A stretch of DNA of 64,000 nucleotides from a virus (taxonomy: Duplodnaviria; Caudoviricetes): the IMG/VR virus record IMGVR_UViG_3300028833_000077; one strand, 5' to 3'. This document shows, piece after piece, positions 47,683 through 58,010 of the stretch (the first letter of the stretch is position 1; every line of letters starts with the position of its first letter). A model generated the notes under the pieces. It was not told where the DNA came from. It ran no database searches and saw nothing but the letters and a program-made list of their open reading frames with translations. The position numbers and the translations under genes are program-made.

Positions 47683-48144
47683 TTAAAATGATACATTCTC
47701 AGTTTGGGGAGCGAAAGGCATGTTGCCCTTGTCTATGTCATAGTCACTGCCGGTCATTCCCTCAGTAGTGGGAGGCACGATGGTGATTACATACTCCTTG
47801 GTAGCCTCATCGAGCTTGACAATACTTGACGGAACATACTCTGCGGCAACAGCTGCCTTACCTGCAGGAGTGGTCTTACCAGTAGGCACCATCACCTTCT
47901 TCACAAGGTCTGTAGCATGGAATCCAATGATCTTGACAATACCTGCCTCATAGCCATCAATGTTGCGCTGGGCATGCTCAATGGCCTTGTTGTTCTTCTC
48001 AATCTTCTCATTAAGTGTCTTGAGGTTCTCATCAAGCTTGGCTTTGACTGCCTCTGCCTCTTGAAGCTGTTTGACATAGGGGTCAATAAGCTTTGCCACA
48101 CTTACCACATTCTGAAACTCAAAGAATGAAATTCTCTTTTCCAT
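47683..48144 (-). CDS. Coiled-coil hypothetical protein
   Basis: 153 aa; N-terminal pattern similar to 45192-45623. Confidence 0.65.
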   Translation of the reverse strand: MEKRISFFEFQNVVSVAKLIDPYVKQLQEAEAVKAKLDENLKTLNEKIEKNNKAIEHAQRNIDGYEAGIVKIIGFHATDLVKKVMVPTGKTTPAGKAAVAAEYVPSSIVKLDEATKEYVITIVPPTTEGMTGSDYDIDKGNMPFAPQTENVSF

Positions 48145-48175
48145 TTTGTTTTTGTTGTTTTAATTAATAATGTTA

Positions 48176-49006
48176 TCAGGCTGCTGCCTGGTTGTTCTTC
48201 TTATCAAGGAAAATCTGGCTCATGTCAACCTTCAGGTTGCCCTCCTCATCGGACTCTGCCACACAGAAAATCTTCTCTCTCAAGTGGAGAGGACGAGAGC
48301 CCCTAATAGTATTGTCACCACCCTTGAAGGTAATCAAGGTCTTGTTATCCTGACGAGAAACATATCCAATGGCATCTGCCTCACCACAGATGATGTCACC
48401 AGTCTTACCTGCAAGGTCCACTGCCATCTCTGTTGTCTCTTCATCATTCTTACGAATCTGCTTATCTTTGACATGGCAGATGAGAATAAGAGTCTCACAA
48501 AGAGGCTTGAACATGTTGATCATTTCCTTAAGGGCCTGTCTAAGATAGAGATATCCGCTTCCATTCGGGAGTTGTCTTACATCTGCATCAGGGTCAATGA
48601 TTTTCTTGCCATTCTCAATGAGGATATTACCAATCTTATCCTTCTTATACCCATAGCTGACTCCCATTGGGGTCTGGCGGTAAAGATGGGCTGCATAGAT
48701 TAAGGATAGTTCTTCCAATCGTGTTGCATTGTCAATGGTGATGAATCTATAGAAGGGCTTTCCTCCATTCTCTGCATTCTTCTTGACAATAGCATCCTTG
48801 ATGTTGAAGATGTCTCTAGCTGACCTTGCTTGGACGCACATGACATCCAGTGCTCTATAGCCGTCTTCCAAATCAATGATAAGGTTATTTTCCAATGAAG
48901 CCATCAAAGTGGATTTTCCAACCTTGGCTTTTCCAAATAAAACCATCAACCTTGGGTTGTAGTCAGTTGCTTTCCTACGTTCTGTAGGCAATACAATGTC
49001 ATTCAT
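48176..49006 (-). CDS. AAA_24/Sak4-like ATPase
   Basis: GKAKVGKST, IIDLEDG, ITIDNAT, ICHVKD, ADAIGY. Confidence 0.85.
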   Translation of the reverse strand: MNDIVLPTERRKATDYNPRLMVLFGKAKVGKSTLMASLENNLIIDLEDGYRALDVMCVQARSARDIFNIKDAIVKKNAENGGKPFYRFITIDNATRLEELSLIYAAHLYRQTPMGVSYGYKKDKIGNILIENGKKIIDPDADVRQLPNGSGYLYLRQALKEMINMFKPLCETLILICHVKDKQIRKNDEETTEMAVDLAGKTGDIICGEADAIGYVSRQDNKTLITFKGGDNTIRGSRPLHLREKIFCVAESDEEGNLKVDMSQIFLDKKNNQAAA

Positions 49007-49040
49007 TTACTCTACTCTTTTTAAAATTATAATGTGTTTG

Positions 49041-49048
49041 CAAAAATA
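49041..49048 (-). promoter_or_regulatory. Bacteroidetes -7 box (TATTTTTG)
   Basis: TAnnTTTG in the intergenic gap upstream of the ATPase. Confidence 0.55.
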
Positions 49049-49109
49049 CCCCTTCCAGATGAAAGGGGCATAGTCCTAAAAGTTATTCTTTACGGTTTGA
49101 AATGATTTA

Positions 49110-50207
49110 CTAAGTTGTAATCGTCCTGTACTTTTTAACTAATTGATACACTCTGTTAAGCTCATCAGTGTTGGTATAATTCGGTAAGGATGCATACCAT
49201 CCAGTAGCACCATCAAAGAACATTCCTAAGGTAGCATCACTCTCACCATCTCTACCTTGGACAACCTTAAGCCATCTTCCATATCCTCTGAGCTTAGTTA
49301 TATCATAGCCATTGTTGTCCCCAAAGAATTTGAATTCAAAGCTATACGGATTGACTATGCCAAGGAATACATCACAATCCCTTGCAGTATCCTGACAATC
49401 AAGGAGTCCTCTTTGTGTCGGATAGACCTTGTTCTGCTTATAGGCATCCAAGCTCAATGTTTCAGAGTTTTGCTGTTGGACTACTACAGGACTGTATCCA
49501 TACTTATTACGGACTATCTTAAGATATTCTGATAGCTTCTTAATACTTTCCCTAAGGTCAAGATTTCTCTCTGGAGCTATAAGGCCTATATGGTCTATGA
49601 TACAGAGTACATATTCATCAGGGTCATTGGGCTCATAGTAGTCAAAGACATCCTTTTGGAGAGACTCACTCCACTTTGTATGGATGGTACCATGTGATTT
49701 GGCATACCTGTCCAAGGAATTGTATATACCAGTCGGATTCCTGTCAGGTATCCATTCGATATGGTCAATGAAGAACCTCCAAATACATCTCATCTCTTCT
49801 GATTTCAAGACTTCAACTACGTCAGACCTTACACTTCTTCCTGCCTCCACACACTTCAGTTCCTTAATGTCTACCCTCATCTTATATTTTACATATAGGA
49901 CATAGCACATGAACTTCATCATGATGTTCATCTGAGTCTCTTCCAACAAGGCATAGAATACCTTCAGCCTGACCAGATCTGGATGATTGTAGATATACAG
50001 GATGGTGTTGAAAAGGAATATGAAGTTAGTGAATTTACTCTTGGATGCCTTCGCTCCTCCACTGATGAGATAATAGGTAGCCTGTTCAGTCCCAGGGAAA
50101 TCATACTTGAACTTCTCTAATGGAGTAGGAATACAATTTATCTTACCACTCTCTATTCTTTCCTTCCTCTCCTCAATGGTGTGGATTGTGCGCTCTACTA
50201 AGTCCAT
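49110..50207 (-). CDS. dnaB: DnaB-like replicative helicase (C-terminal domain)
   Basis: GGAKASKS Walker A variant, FYALLEE, IIDHIGL, VVQQQN, RDCDV, GRDG. Confidence 0.8.
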   Translation of the reverse strand: MDLVERTIHTIEERKERIESGKINCIPTPLEKFKYDFPGTEQATYYLISGGAKASKSKFTNFIFLFNTILYIYNHPDLVRLKVFYALLEETQMNIMMKFMCYVLYVKYKMRVDIKELKCVEAGRSVRSDVVEVLKSEEMRCIWRFFIDHIEWIPDRNPTGIYNSLDRYAKSHGTIHTKWSESLQKDVFDYYEPNDPDEYVLCIIDHIGLIAPERNLDLRESIKKLSEYLKIVRNKYGYSPVVVQQQNSETLSLDAYKQNKVYPTQRGLLDCQDTARDCDVFLGIVNPYSFEFKFFGDNNGYDITKLRGYGRWLKVVQGRDGESDATLGMFFDGATGWYASLPNYTNTDELNRVYQLVKKYRTITT

Positions 50208-50740
50208 TATGCTTCAGCTATCAACTGACCTAAATGATGTGACTCCTTGATTTGAAGACTAACATACTTATTGCAGTCCTCTACAAGACCACCATACAGT
50301 TTAGGACGGACAGTTGTATGTAAATACTCTTTTTTCTGAGGAACACCATAGATAATCCCGAAATAGTAGTACACCAGCCTCTTTGCTAGATTGTACACAA
50401 ATCTATAGAGCTTCAGTTTGGCTCTTGCCTCTGCAATCCTCTCACCAATGATGGGGTTCCACTTGTCCCCATCAGAGCAAGTGGCCTTTCCAGTGGTCTT
50501 GATGATGGCTTCCCAAGCTGCCAAATCAACATCATACACTGCACCTGGATACTCCCAAAGCCAATCATCAATCGTTGTAGGAATCAGATGGAACCAATCT
50601 GGCAGCTTCATCCTTCCTGTGAGAGTGACTATGGTCACCTTGTCATTGAAGGTCTGAACCCTCTTTGACTCTTTGTTAAAACTTACCTTGAACATAGATA
50701 TTATTGAATTTGATTTCAGTTTCTGGAAGTTGTCAGCCAA
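50207..50740 (-). CDS. Hypothetical phage protein
   Basis: GKATCSDGDKWNPIIGERIAEARA motif. Confidence 0.65.
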   Translation of the reverse strand: MADNFQKLKSNSIISMFKVSFNKESKRVQTFNDKVTIVTLTGRMKLPDWFHLIPTTIDDWLWEYPGAVYDVDLAAWEAIIKTTGKATCSDGDKWNPIIGERIAEARAKLKLYRFVYNLAKRLVYYYFGIIYGVPQKKEYLHTTVRPKLYGGLVEDCNKYVSLQIKESHHLGQLIAEA

Positions 50741-51342
50741 TCATCAGACATGTCGGCATAATTATCATCACTTTCCTTATTCTCAAGGAAGTCAAGAAGA
50801 GGAGAAACCGCTTCCACATAATTGCCATCAGGGCCTTGCTTGGTATCATCCTTAAAGATGAAATACTTGATAAGCCTGAATCCTTTCTGCTGATAGTTGC
50901 CCCTGAAGGAGGCTACATACCTACGGGTAGCATCCAATATCTCCTCATCAGGGAAATTCCCATACCTAGCAAAGAATGTCTTCAGCTTCTTAACTACTTC
51001 TGAGATATTACATCTGAAATAATAGGAGGTATACTGTCCTGTCTTCTTGTCTATCATCCTTCCTTGAGGATAGAGCTCCCTCATTTTCTCAGCAAGAGCC
51101 CTAATCTCCTCATCAGTCTTCTTGATGCGATTGGAAGAAACTGCCAGTATCTCATCAACTACCTCAGACCAATGCTGTGTCACTAGATACTGACCTTCTT
51201 TATTGACCAGTATCTCTCGGTTAACCATATTGTCAAGATCTCCTTTCTTCATTGTCCTGATGGCATAGGCCAGTAGGAATTCTGAGAAAGTCATACCATA
51301 TTTAATACATATTCCTTCATCAATCATAACCCTTTCGTTCAT
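50716..51342 (-). CDS. Replication-module protein, paralog A
   Basis: LAEKMRELYPQG...KKLKTF...ILDATRRYVASF...LIKYFI. Confidence 0.7.
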   Translation of the reverse strand: MNERVMIDEGICIKYGMTFSEFLLAYAIRTMKKGDLDNMVNREILVNKEGQYLVTQHWSEVVDEILAVSSNRIKKTDEEIRALAEKMRELYPQGRMIDKKTGQYTSYYFRCNISEVVKKLKTFFARYGNFPDEEILDATRRYVASFRGNYQQKGFRLIKYFIFKDDTKQGPDGNYVEAVSPLLDFLENKESDDNYADMSDDWLTTSRN

Positions 51343-51892
51343 CTCTGTTGTTTTCTATTATACTCATGAAATCACTCTCTATTTCCTGATGGCCTGGGCC
51401 CTTGGAATGGGTAGTGAGAATAAAATTCCTCAACAGCTTCATACGCTTTGTATCCTTGAAGGATGCTACATACTCATCTGCTGCATTGAGAGCTTCCTCT
51501 TCAGTGAATTGGAAGTCATACTGTACCACCAGAACCCTAAGTTTCTGGGCAATGTCACTGGTCACCCCTTTCCATTTGTAGGAAGTGCCTGGTTTGCATC
51601 CGTCAGGGAATATTGCCTGCATCATCTCTGCCAATGCCTCAAAGTCCTCTATGCCACAGTCAGCTAGCCTGCCGTCAGACTCAGTGACTATCTTGGCAAT
51701 GAGGTTCTTGGTATTGTCAGACAAGATGGGAGGGGACTCACTGAAGAGGTTCCTCTCCACTAGATGCTTTTTGATAAGGGACTCATACTCCTTAGAGTAG
51801 TCCACATTGAACTGCCCCATCAGGAGGATGATAAACTCCTCCCAAGTGAGGTTGTACTTCTTGAGTACATCTGAATTGATACTTATACGCAT
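51320..51892 (-). CDS. Replication-module protein, paralog B
   Basis: LAEMMQAIFPDG...QKLRVL...ALNAADEYVASF...LLRNFI. Confidence 0.7.
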   Translation of the reverse strand: MRISINSDVLKKYNLTWEEFIILLMGQFNVDYSKEYESLIKKHLVERNLFSESPPILSDNTKNLIAKIVTESDGRLADCGIEDFEALAEMMQAIFPDGCKPGTSYKWKGVTSDIAQKLRVLVVQYDFQFTEEEALNAADEYVASFKDTKRMKLLRNFILTTHSKGPGHQEIESDFMSIIENNRDERKGYD

Positions 51893-51893
51893 A

Positions 51894-52049
51894 TTACTTG
51901 GTTGTTAACATTTGTCCCACCTTTAACACTAATACTGATGCATACAGGCCTGCCAATGGGGGCCACATCCAGTAAAGGGATGCTCCTATACCAACCAAAC
52001 CTGCTATCATCAGTGATGTAGATAGGACTGTTTCACTTGTATTACTCAT
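51894..52049 (-). CDS. Small membrane protein (51 aa; not in ORF track)
   Basis: MSNTSETVLSTSLMIAGLVGIGASLYWMWPPLAGLYASVLVLKVGQMLTTK fills the intergenic gap. Confidence 0.55.
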   Translation of the reverse strand: MSNTSETVLSTSLMIAGLVGIGASLYWMWPPLAGLYASVLVLKVGQMLTTK

Positions 52050-52389
52050 CTTCTGTCTCATTTGTCTTTGGTTCCACTTCAGGCTCTGTCAGTTCTCCTG
52101 ATATGATTTGCATCATCTCAGCCACTTGCTCAGCAGCCTTCCCTGCATGCAGTATAACTGACTTAACCTGGTCTGTTATCAGATGGGTTTTCTCCTTGAG
52201 AGCCTTCAGTTGGATGTCAGTGGGGGTCTTACCAAGCCTTGTCTTCAGCTTGGTTATCTCCATGTCCTTCTTCCTAAGAGCCTCAGTGGCCTCCTTGATG
52301 CCATCCACCATCTTGGAGTAGTTGTCGAACATCCTCCTATAGTCCTTGACTATATAGTGGATCTTCTGGTCTTGTAGAATGTCACTCAT
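52042..52389 (-). CDS. Coiled-coil hypothetical protein
   Basis: 115 aa. Confidence 0.6.
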   Translation of the reverse strand: MSDILQDQKIHYIVKDYRRMFDNYSKMVDGIKEATEALRKKDMEITKLKTRLGKTPTDIQLKALKEKTHLITDQVKSVILHAGKAAEQVAEMMQIISGELTEPEVEPKTNETEDE

Positions 52390-53588
52390 ATTATCTCATC
52401 AATTGAATGTATTACCTTGATGCAATTCTTGTTGTAGTCCTCAAATGCCTTCTGGACAAGCTCTTCCTCTCTGGTGCCTTCATAATACGGGATAATCATG
52501 ACAGGTTCCTTATGCCTCAGAAGACGACCTTGCCTCTGCTTCATGCATATCTCTGATGCAGAGAGGTTTCCAAAGATGCCATACTTGCAGTCTACAAGAT
52601 TGGCTCCTTCATTGAGCATGTTTACTGCTGTGATATGCTTGATTTTCTTGGTATTGAAATCGTTGTAGTACTCCATCACCATCTTGCCATTCTTTGAGTG
52701 TATGCAGTTTTTACCAAGCTGCTCACAGTGCTCAATGGTCTTGCAAAAGGTGATGGTACGGAAGTTCTTGAGCTTCATGAGAATCTCCTTCACCACAGGA
52801 ATCTTACTGGTAGCATAGAACTCAAGTCTCAATCCACACTTCTGAAGCCAGATGTTCTTGACACCCTCATTCCTTGTTGCCATATAGCGGTTCTTCAGTG
52901 ACAGCACCTCCTGATTCAGCTCATTGGACTTCTGCTTCTGGGTGCATCTGAGGACTGCATGCTTCCTCTGCTTGATATACTGCCATTTGTTGCGGTACTC
53001 ATCCTCATAGACCATCCCAGGAGCCTTTGGGTTGACTTCCCACGTCTCAGTATACTGTGTATTGTCAAGCTTCAATGGCAGCAACAGTATCTGAGGCTCA
53101 GGAAGGACCTCATCCTCAATGGCCTCCACTATGTCACACTTGATGACTTGGGCCCTATAGTTCCACTTGAAGAACTGCTTGACCTCATAGGGAATGGTTG
53201 CAGAGAGTCCTATGCAATAGGTGAACCTGACCTTCTTGAGCAACTCCATACGGGTCTCACTAGCTATATGATGGCACTCATCCATCACACATATGTCGAA
53301 GGTCTCACCTGTATGCTTCCTCAAGGATTCATAGCATTCAGCTACAACCTCATCAGCTTTGATGCCTCCCCACTTGTCAAACTCCCTCTGCCATTCTCCC
53401 TTGTGTACTATCTTAGCCACAAGGAGAAGCATCCTCACTTTCCTACCTTTATAAACAGTATCGCAAAGATGGTTTACCAAGTCAATGGCTAACTTGGTTT
53501 TTCCGTAGCCTGTGCTGGCTTCAAGGAGAAGGCATCTGTGTCTGCCTATGGTCTTGAGGCATTCAGCATAATATTCTTCTCTTGTCAT
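52386..53588 (-). CDS. Superfamily 2 (DExH) helicase
   Basis: STGYGKT, DECHH, GLSAT, LNEGAN, QRQGRLLR. Confidence 0.9.
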   Translation of the reverse strand: MTREEYYAECLKTIGRHRCLLLEASTGYGKTKLAIDLVNHLCDTVYKGRKVRMLLLVAKIVHKGEWQREFDKWGGIKADEVVAECYESLRKHTGETFDICVMDECHHIASETRMELLKKVRFTYCIGLSATIPYEVKQFFKWNYRAQVIKCDIVEAIEDEVLPEPQILLLPLKLDNTQYTETWEVNPKAPGMVYEDEYRNKWQYIKQRKHAVLRCTQKQKSNELNQEVLSLKNRYMATRNEGVKNIWLQKCGLRLEFYATSKIPVVKEILMKLKNFRTITFCKTIEHCEQLGKNCIHSKNGKMVMEYYNDFNTKKIKHITAVNMLNEGANLVDCKYGIFGNLSASEICMKQRQGRLLRHKEPVMIIPYYEGTREEELVQKAFEDYNKNCIKVIHSIDEII

Positions 53589-53606
53589 TCTTTATTGTCT
53601 TTTAAT

Positions 53607-53810
53607 TCATTCTCTCTTTCTTTTATAATAGGTTTCCTGTACTACCCACTGGACAATGCCGTAGATGCCTGCCAGGGATTTCTCATTCTGCTCATCAGCA
53701 AATGCCTGAGCCTCTTCTTCAGTGTTGAACATCTTGGTTGCCATAGGATGACCCTTGACATATTTTCTGGCTTTCCAAGGTTTCATAATCTCTTCTGTTT
53801 TAAAAGCCAT
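53607..53810 (-). CDS. Hypothetical protein
   Basis: 67 aa. Confidence 0.55.
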   Translation of the reverse strand: MAFKTEEIMKPWKARKYVKGHPMATKMFNTEEEAQAFADEQNEKSLAGIYGIVQWVVQETYYKRKRE

Positions 53811-53933
53811 GAGAGGCTATTAGTGGCCTCCTCCTCACTCCCCCTCCCTTGATGGGAGAGGGCTCCTGAAACTGGTCAGCTATACCAGATCTCACTAGTG
53901 GTCTCAGGAGAGACTCCCTCCTGATAGTTCTCA

Positions 53934-54131
53934 TCATGCTGCCTCATGGGCTTCTTCCATTATATGCTCATAGGCAGCAATCTCATTCTCGACAGTGTCT
54001 GATACTAGCTGATTAAGCTCAAACAGACAGTCATTCAATCCATCCTTATAGGACTGGGGCAGGGTAGGGTTACCCAGCCTCTCAGTCCATGAGGAAAGAA
54101 GTCTTTCAATGTCAGTCAGGTACATCATCAT
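53934..54131 (-). CDS. Hypothetical protein
   Basis: 65 aa. Confidence 0.55.
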   Translation of the reverse strand: MMMYLTDIERLLSSWTERLGNPTLPQSYKDGLNDCLFELNQLVSDTVENEIAAYEHIMEEAHEAA

Positions 54132-54451
54132 ACAATGCCTTTAATGGCAGCCAAGAGCTTACGCCAGATACTATTGTCCGTTGCAATACCTTCACCATTC
54201 TTCCTGTTGGCAGACACATGCTGAGGTGATGCCGTGAAGAAGGCTACTGCATGAGGGGTCTTGGATACATGAGTATACCATCTGTTCCCCACAGCACCAG
54301 GAGTACGACCAATCTGCTCCGATACCAGCAGGAAGCATCTCTTCAGGTTCTGTGGTCTTGCTTTCACATACCTGAAAATGGCCTCATCTTCAGATTCTGC
54401 CCATCTTCTACGCTGCTGTTTGTCACTAACTGTCACTTTCTTCTGTTTCAT
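54128..54451 (-). CDS. Myb/SANT-like HTH protein
   Basis: RRWAESEDEAI...IGRTPGAVGNRWY. Confidence 0.65.
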   Translation of the reverse strand: MKQKKVTVSDKQQRRRWAESEDEAIFRYVKARPQNLKRCFLLVSEQIGRTPGAVGNRWYTHVSKTPHAVAFFTASPQHVSANRKNGEGIATDNSIWRKLLAAIKGIV

Positions 54452-54651
54452 GTTCTTAAGAATTAATATTAATAATGTGTCCCCTTGATGGAGACGTTGA
54501 CTGTTTCCAAGAAAAGCTTCCCCCATTATCACAATGAGGGAAGGTCAAGCAAATTTAACGCAAAAATTATTATAACACTATGAAAAAAGATTTCAAAAAC
54601 AGCCCGGCCTGTCACAGGAGAGACTGATGGAATTAATGCATTACTTTTAAA

Positions 54652-54963
54652 TCAAGAGAGTTGAATATCTGTATCTTCTTCCTTGTGTTGGGAGCCATAC
54701 TTGTTCTCCCCATAGTTGTTGATGGCCTTGGGTATGCCTATGGATGCTATGAGGGTGGATACTGCCGTTATGATTGCAGCATAGCCCTCTAGTGATGATG
54801 ATATGGTGTGGGTAGTGATAATCTCCACCATCATGCATACACAGATGACCACAAGAGTGACAACAGACGCAATGCCTACTGCCACTGCAATCAGTGAGAG
54901 GGAGCTTATCCCTGTGTTACTCCTGACTGCCCTTCCAAGGTACTCTATCACTTTCTTGAACAT
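54652..54963 (-). CDS. Two-TM membrane protein (holin-like)
   Basis: Two hydrophobic helices and a charged C-terminal tail. Confidence 0.55.
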   Translation of the reverse strand: MFKKVIEYLGRAVRSNTGISSLSLIAVAVGIASVVTLVVICVCMMVEIITTHTISSSLEGYAAIITAVSTLIASIGIPKAINNYGENKYGSQHKEEDTDIQLS

Positions 54964-55123
54964 CTGGTACTCCTACCTGAAATCGAATCAGGGCCTTACC
55001 CTTAGGAGGGGTACGTCTTTTCCACTCGACTATAGGAGCTTCTTCATAAAACCCTTCCCATCTATCACAGACAGGAAGGCAAAAAATCATCAAACTATGT
55101 CAAAACTATTTATAAACTCAATG

Positions 55124-55131
55124 CAAAGGTA
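55124..55131 (-). promoter_or_regulatory. Bacteroidetes -7 box (TACCTTTG)
   Basis: TAnnTTTG in intergenic DNA upstream of the 2-TM gene. Confidence 0.6.
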
Positions 55132-55263
55132 TCACATCTTCTTCTGATATCCTATACCTTAACCTTGTGCCTAATCATTCCTAAGGATTATCATAACTGA
55201 GATACCTTAATACTTCTACAAGCAGGTCACGCTTACCCATATAGTACCATCCTGTCCCACACA

Positions 55264-55641
55264 TTATTGTCCTTCTTTATTAGGCCAATCACAATCCAAC
55301 CACCATTTAACATCAGGCTGATTCCAACCACCTTTATCATAGGTCTTATTCTCAAATGTCTCAATGTTGCCCGTGGTAAGGCTCTTACCAATGTACTTTC
55401 TCTTGTATGGTCTATGGGCAAATGTCACGGCATACTCTGAACCTTCCAATGGATACCTCTGTGTAAGCACTATGACTTCCCTGTCTATCTCAGGCAGGTC
55501 ATCACCATCAGCAAGTTTCCAAATGTCGTCAGGTTCTTTCTCCACTTTATCAATGTACTCAAGAACCTGCCTTAATATCTCAGACTGCGAGTGCAATTGT
55601 ATCCGTTCAACCTCTTTCCTGATTTCCTGAATCTTACCCAT
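55264..55641 (-). CDS. Hypothetical protein (DUF551-like W..LP motif)
   Basis: WKLADGDDLPEIDREVIV...VKWWL. Confidence 0.55.
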   Translation of the reverse strand: MGKIQEIRKEVERIQLHSQSEILRQVLEYIDKVEKEPDDIWKLADGDDLPEIDREVIVLTQRYPLEGSEYAVTFAHRPYKRKYIGKSLTTGNIETFENKTYDKGGWNQPDVKWWLDCDWPNKEGQ

Positions 55642-55757
55642 TTTCTTTCTTTTCCTTAAATCGTTTCAAAACTTCTTGATAATAGCCAATTGTTTCTGCT
55701 TGAATGTCTGTAGCCTTACAAAGTTCTTGAAGATTTCCCTATATTCTTCTTTGTAGT

Positions 55758-56885
55758 TCATACTTTACTTCCCCTTAATTCTAATAATTGTTCTTTCAAT
55801 GCTTTTAACGTAAGATAAATCCTATTATTTGTCAGAGGAGACCAGTCTTTTTCTGCCTTTTCTATAGCATAACCAAGGCATTCTAACTGTCCTTCACTCG
55901 GCTTCCACCTGTTCTGAGGTCTGAGGGATTTGAGCCAAGATACAAGTTTATCAGTTTTCGTAAAGATAAGTTCACCTCCTTTTTCTACGTACCAGATAGT
56001 CTTCTCTAAATTTTTCTTATCCTCTTCACTCCACTCTTGTTTTGGTTGTACTCTGTATTTGAGGGATTTGAGCCAGTCAATTGTCTCTGTAATGTCAATA
56101 CCATCACTGCTGAATGTTGTGTGCCCATATATGTCTCTTTTTGCACTTAACCCTCTTATAAGACCATGAACAAATTTTTCATCCTCTTCATTCCACTTCT
56201 GCATCTCTGCAATGGCATCAGCCCTTCCTTTTTCATATTCAGTTTGGAGTAAGGTTTTCATTCCCTCGTCAGTAGGCTTCTGCTCTACAAGTTCATATTT
56301 ATCTTGATCTTCTATAAAGATATAAGACCCATAAAATCTATAATGCTTGTCATCTATCCCTATTATTTCTTTAACAGTGTTAGCAATGGGTGTGTCATCA
56401 TCTGGCATTCTATATTCTGGTTTTAGGTATATCTTATCCCCAATCTTAAACTTTGGTTTCTTATCAGAAGGCTTCTGTTCGTCACCATAGATGCACTCAT
56501 CTACGATTTTGTTATAGGTCTCAGAGTCTATTCCAAGACTTTTCTCTGGAGTTATCATCTTCTTCTCCAAGTCAAGCATTTTCTTTAATACTTCAGCCTC
56601 TTCTTTCTTCCCAACACCAGTACAACGAACTTGGCCTTGTTTTTCAAGCCAATCAATCATTTGTTCTTGATTTTTCTTTTCGAGAATCTCTGATGATTGT
56701 TTTACAAGTTCTATTAATCCTTTCCTCACCTTCTCATCATCTGGTTCTTTATTCTCTTTGAGTTCGGGAAATAGTCTGAATATTTGCCTTGCACAATCAC
56801 AGTCAAATGTGCCACAAGCCCTTAATTCATTATTTGCTACCTTCAAAGCCTCATCGTAAGCTTTTGCCTTTTGTTCTGTTGTCAT
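55758..56885 (-). CDS. Mosaic repeat protein (W[SN]EED..WLKSL modules)
   Basis: KAKAYDEAL, FPELKE..DE, WLEKQG, PKFKIGD, two WxEED...WLKSL repeats, WKPSE. Confidence 0.75.
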   Translation of the reverse strand: MTTEQKAKAYDEALKVANNELRACGTFDCDCARQIFRLFPELKENKEPDDEKVRKGLIELVKQSSEILEKKNQEQMIDWLEKQGQVRCTGVGKKEEAEVLKKMLDLEKKMITPEKSLGIDSETYNKIVDECIYGDEQKPSDKKPKFKIGDKIYLKPEYRMPDDDTPIANTVKEIIGIDDKHYRFYGSYIFIEDQDKYELVEQKPTDEGMKTLLQTEYEKGRADAIAEMQKWNEEDEKFVHGLIRGLSAKRDIYGHTTFSSDGIDITETIDWLKSLKYRVQPKQEWSEEDKKNLEKTIWYVEKGGELIFTKTDKLVSWLKSLRPQNRWKPSEGQLECLGYAIEKAEKDWSPLTNNRIYLTLKALKEQLLELRGSKV

Positions 56886-56903
56886 AATAATATATTTTAC
56901 CGA

Positions 56904-57206
56904 TTATACAATATCACTGACCTTAAATTTTGGTTCAACATTATCAGTAGGATTTTGCTCTTGCTTTTCAAGCCAAGCAATATATTTTTCCTTTTCTTTT
57001 TCCCCCAAGATAATGACACCTCTCTTATAAGCACACTTTACTATATCAATAAGTTCTTTCCTTATCCTCTCATCATCACTCTCTTTGAGTTCAGGGAAGA
57101 TATCATCAAGAATACCCTGCTTATCTTTAGGCATACTACTTTTATCTTTCCATATTCTTGCTTTTTTTAAAGCCTGCTCATATTTATTTTTATAGTCCAT
57201 AATCAT
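56904..57206 (-). CDS. Short paralog of the upstream mosaic protein (possibly truncated)
   Basis: IFPELKESDDERIRKELI...WLEKQ...EPKFKV, stops within the module. Confidence 0.6.
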   Translation of the reverse strand: MIMDYKNKYEQALKKARIWKDKSSMPKDKQGILDDIFPELKESDDERIRKELIDIVKCAYKRGVIILGEKEKEKYIAWLEKQEQNPTDNVEPKFKVSDIV

Positions 57207-57366
57207 TAGTCTAAAATTTGAAACGGAACACCTAATTTACCCTCAACAACTTCTGCACCATCAAAAGAAATAATGATTATCATATTAGGATGACCATTTT
57301 TTTGCAACCACTCATTTAGTGGCTTTGCAAGTTTTTCAAATTCTTCTTTGTTCATAAATCTTTAAA

Positions 57367-57615
57367 TTAATTGTTTCTATCTACGATTTCTTCTATACTA
57401 ACAACGCTACATTTTGGTACTACATTGATTCCGCACCATTGCAATGGATTGCATCCTTTGCTTAGTGCGACAATATATGCCTCATCAGTTTCTTTAACAA
57501 GGAAGCCACATGAGCTGATGCTACAGCAAGTATCATCAATATCTTCATCAAGCACCCATCCGTGAATTTGTCGGCTGTCAATCCATTTGATGATTACTTT
57601 CTTATCTTTATTCAT
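57367..57615 (-). CDS. Hypothetical protein
   Basis: IKWIDS...GW...SCGFL motif. Confidence 0.6.
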   Translation of the reverse strand: MNKDKKVIIKWIDSRQIHGWVLDEDIDDTCCSISSCGFLVKETDEAYIVALSKGCNPLQWCGINVVPKCSVVSIEEIVDRNN

Positions 57616-57617
57616 AA

Positions 57618-58010
57618 TTATAACAGATTTAATTCATGCAAATTCTTAATCATAGCCACACAAGCATCAATTGGATTATCATACATAGAAGAATCATAAA
57701 CCTCTTTTGTAAGGGTTGCATAAACTATATAATATTCACCATCAGGTGTTTTAGCGATAAAAGGGTTTGCAGTATCTTCACCTTTTCCTATCATTGGTAA
57801 AACATCAAGTAATGCTGCAAGACTCCAACACATAGTGGTTTCTCTTATATCAGAGAATGGAGTTCTAATAACATTGAGAGTTTCTTTTGGCATTACTACG
57901 GTTTTTGTGCCTTCTCTACTACCAAACGAAACTATTACATTATCCGCACTTTCAATCGGCAGGAACTTTGCCAACTTCTTTGACTGGTTAATATCTGTAT
58001 AAGCTTTCAT
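57618..58010 (-). CDS. Hypothetical protein, tandem paralog A
   Basis: YTDINQSK.L...ESAD...CWSLAALL...DNPIDACV. Confidence 0.7.
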   Translation of the reverse strand: MKAYTDINQSKKLAKFLPIESADNVIVSFGSREGTKTVVMPKETLNVIRTPFSDIRETTMCWSLAALLDVLPMIGKGEDTANPFIAKTPDGEYYIVYATLTKEVYDSSMYDNPIDACVAMIKNLHELNLL

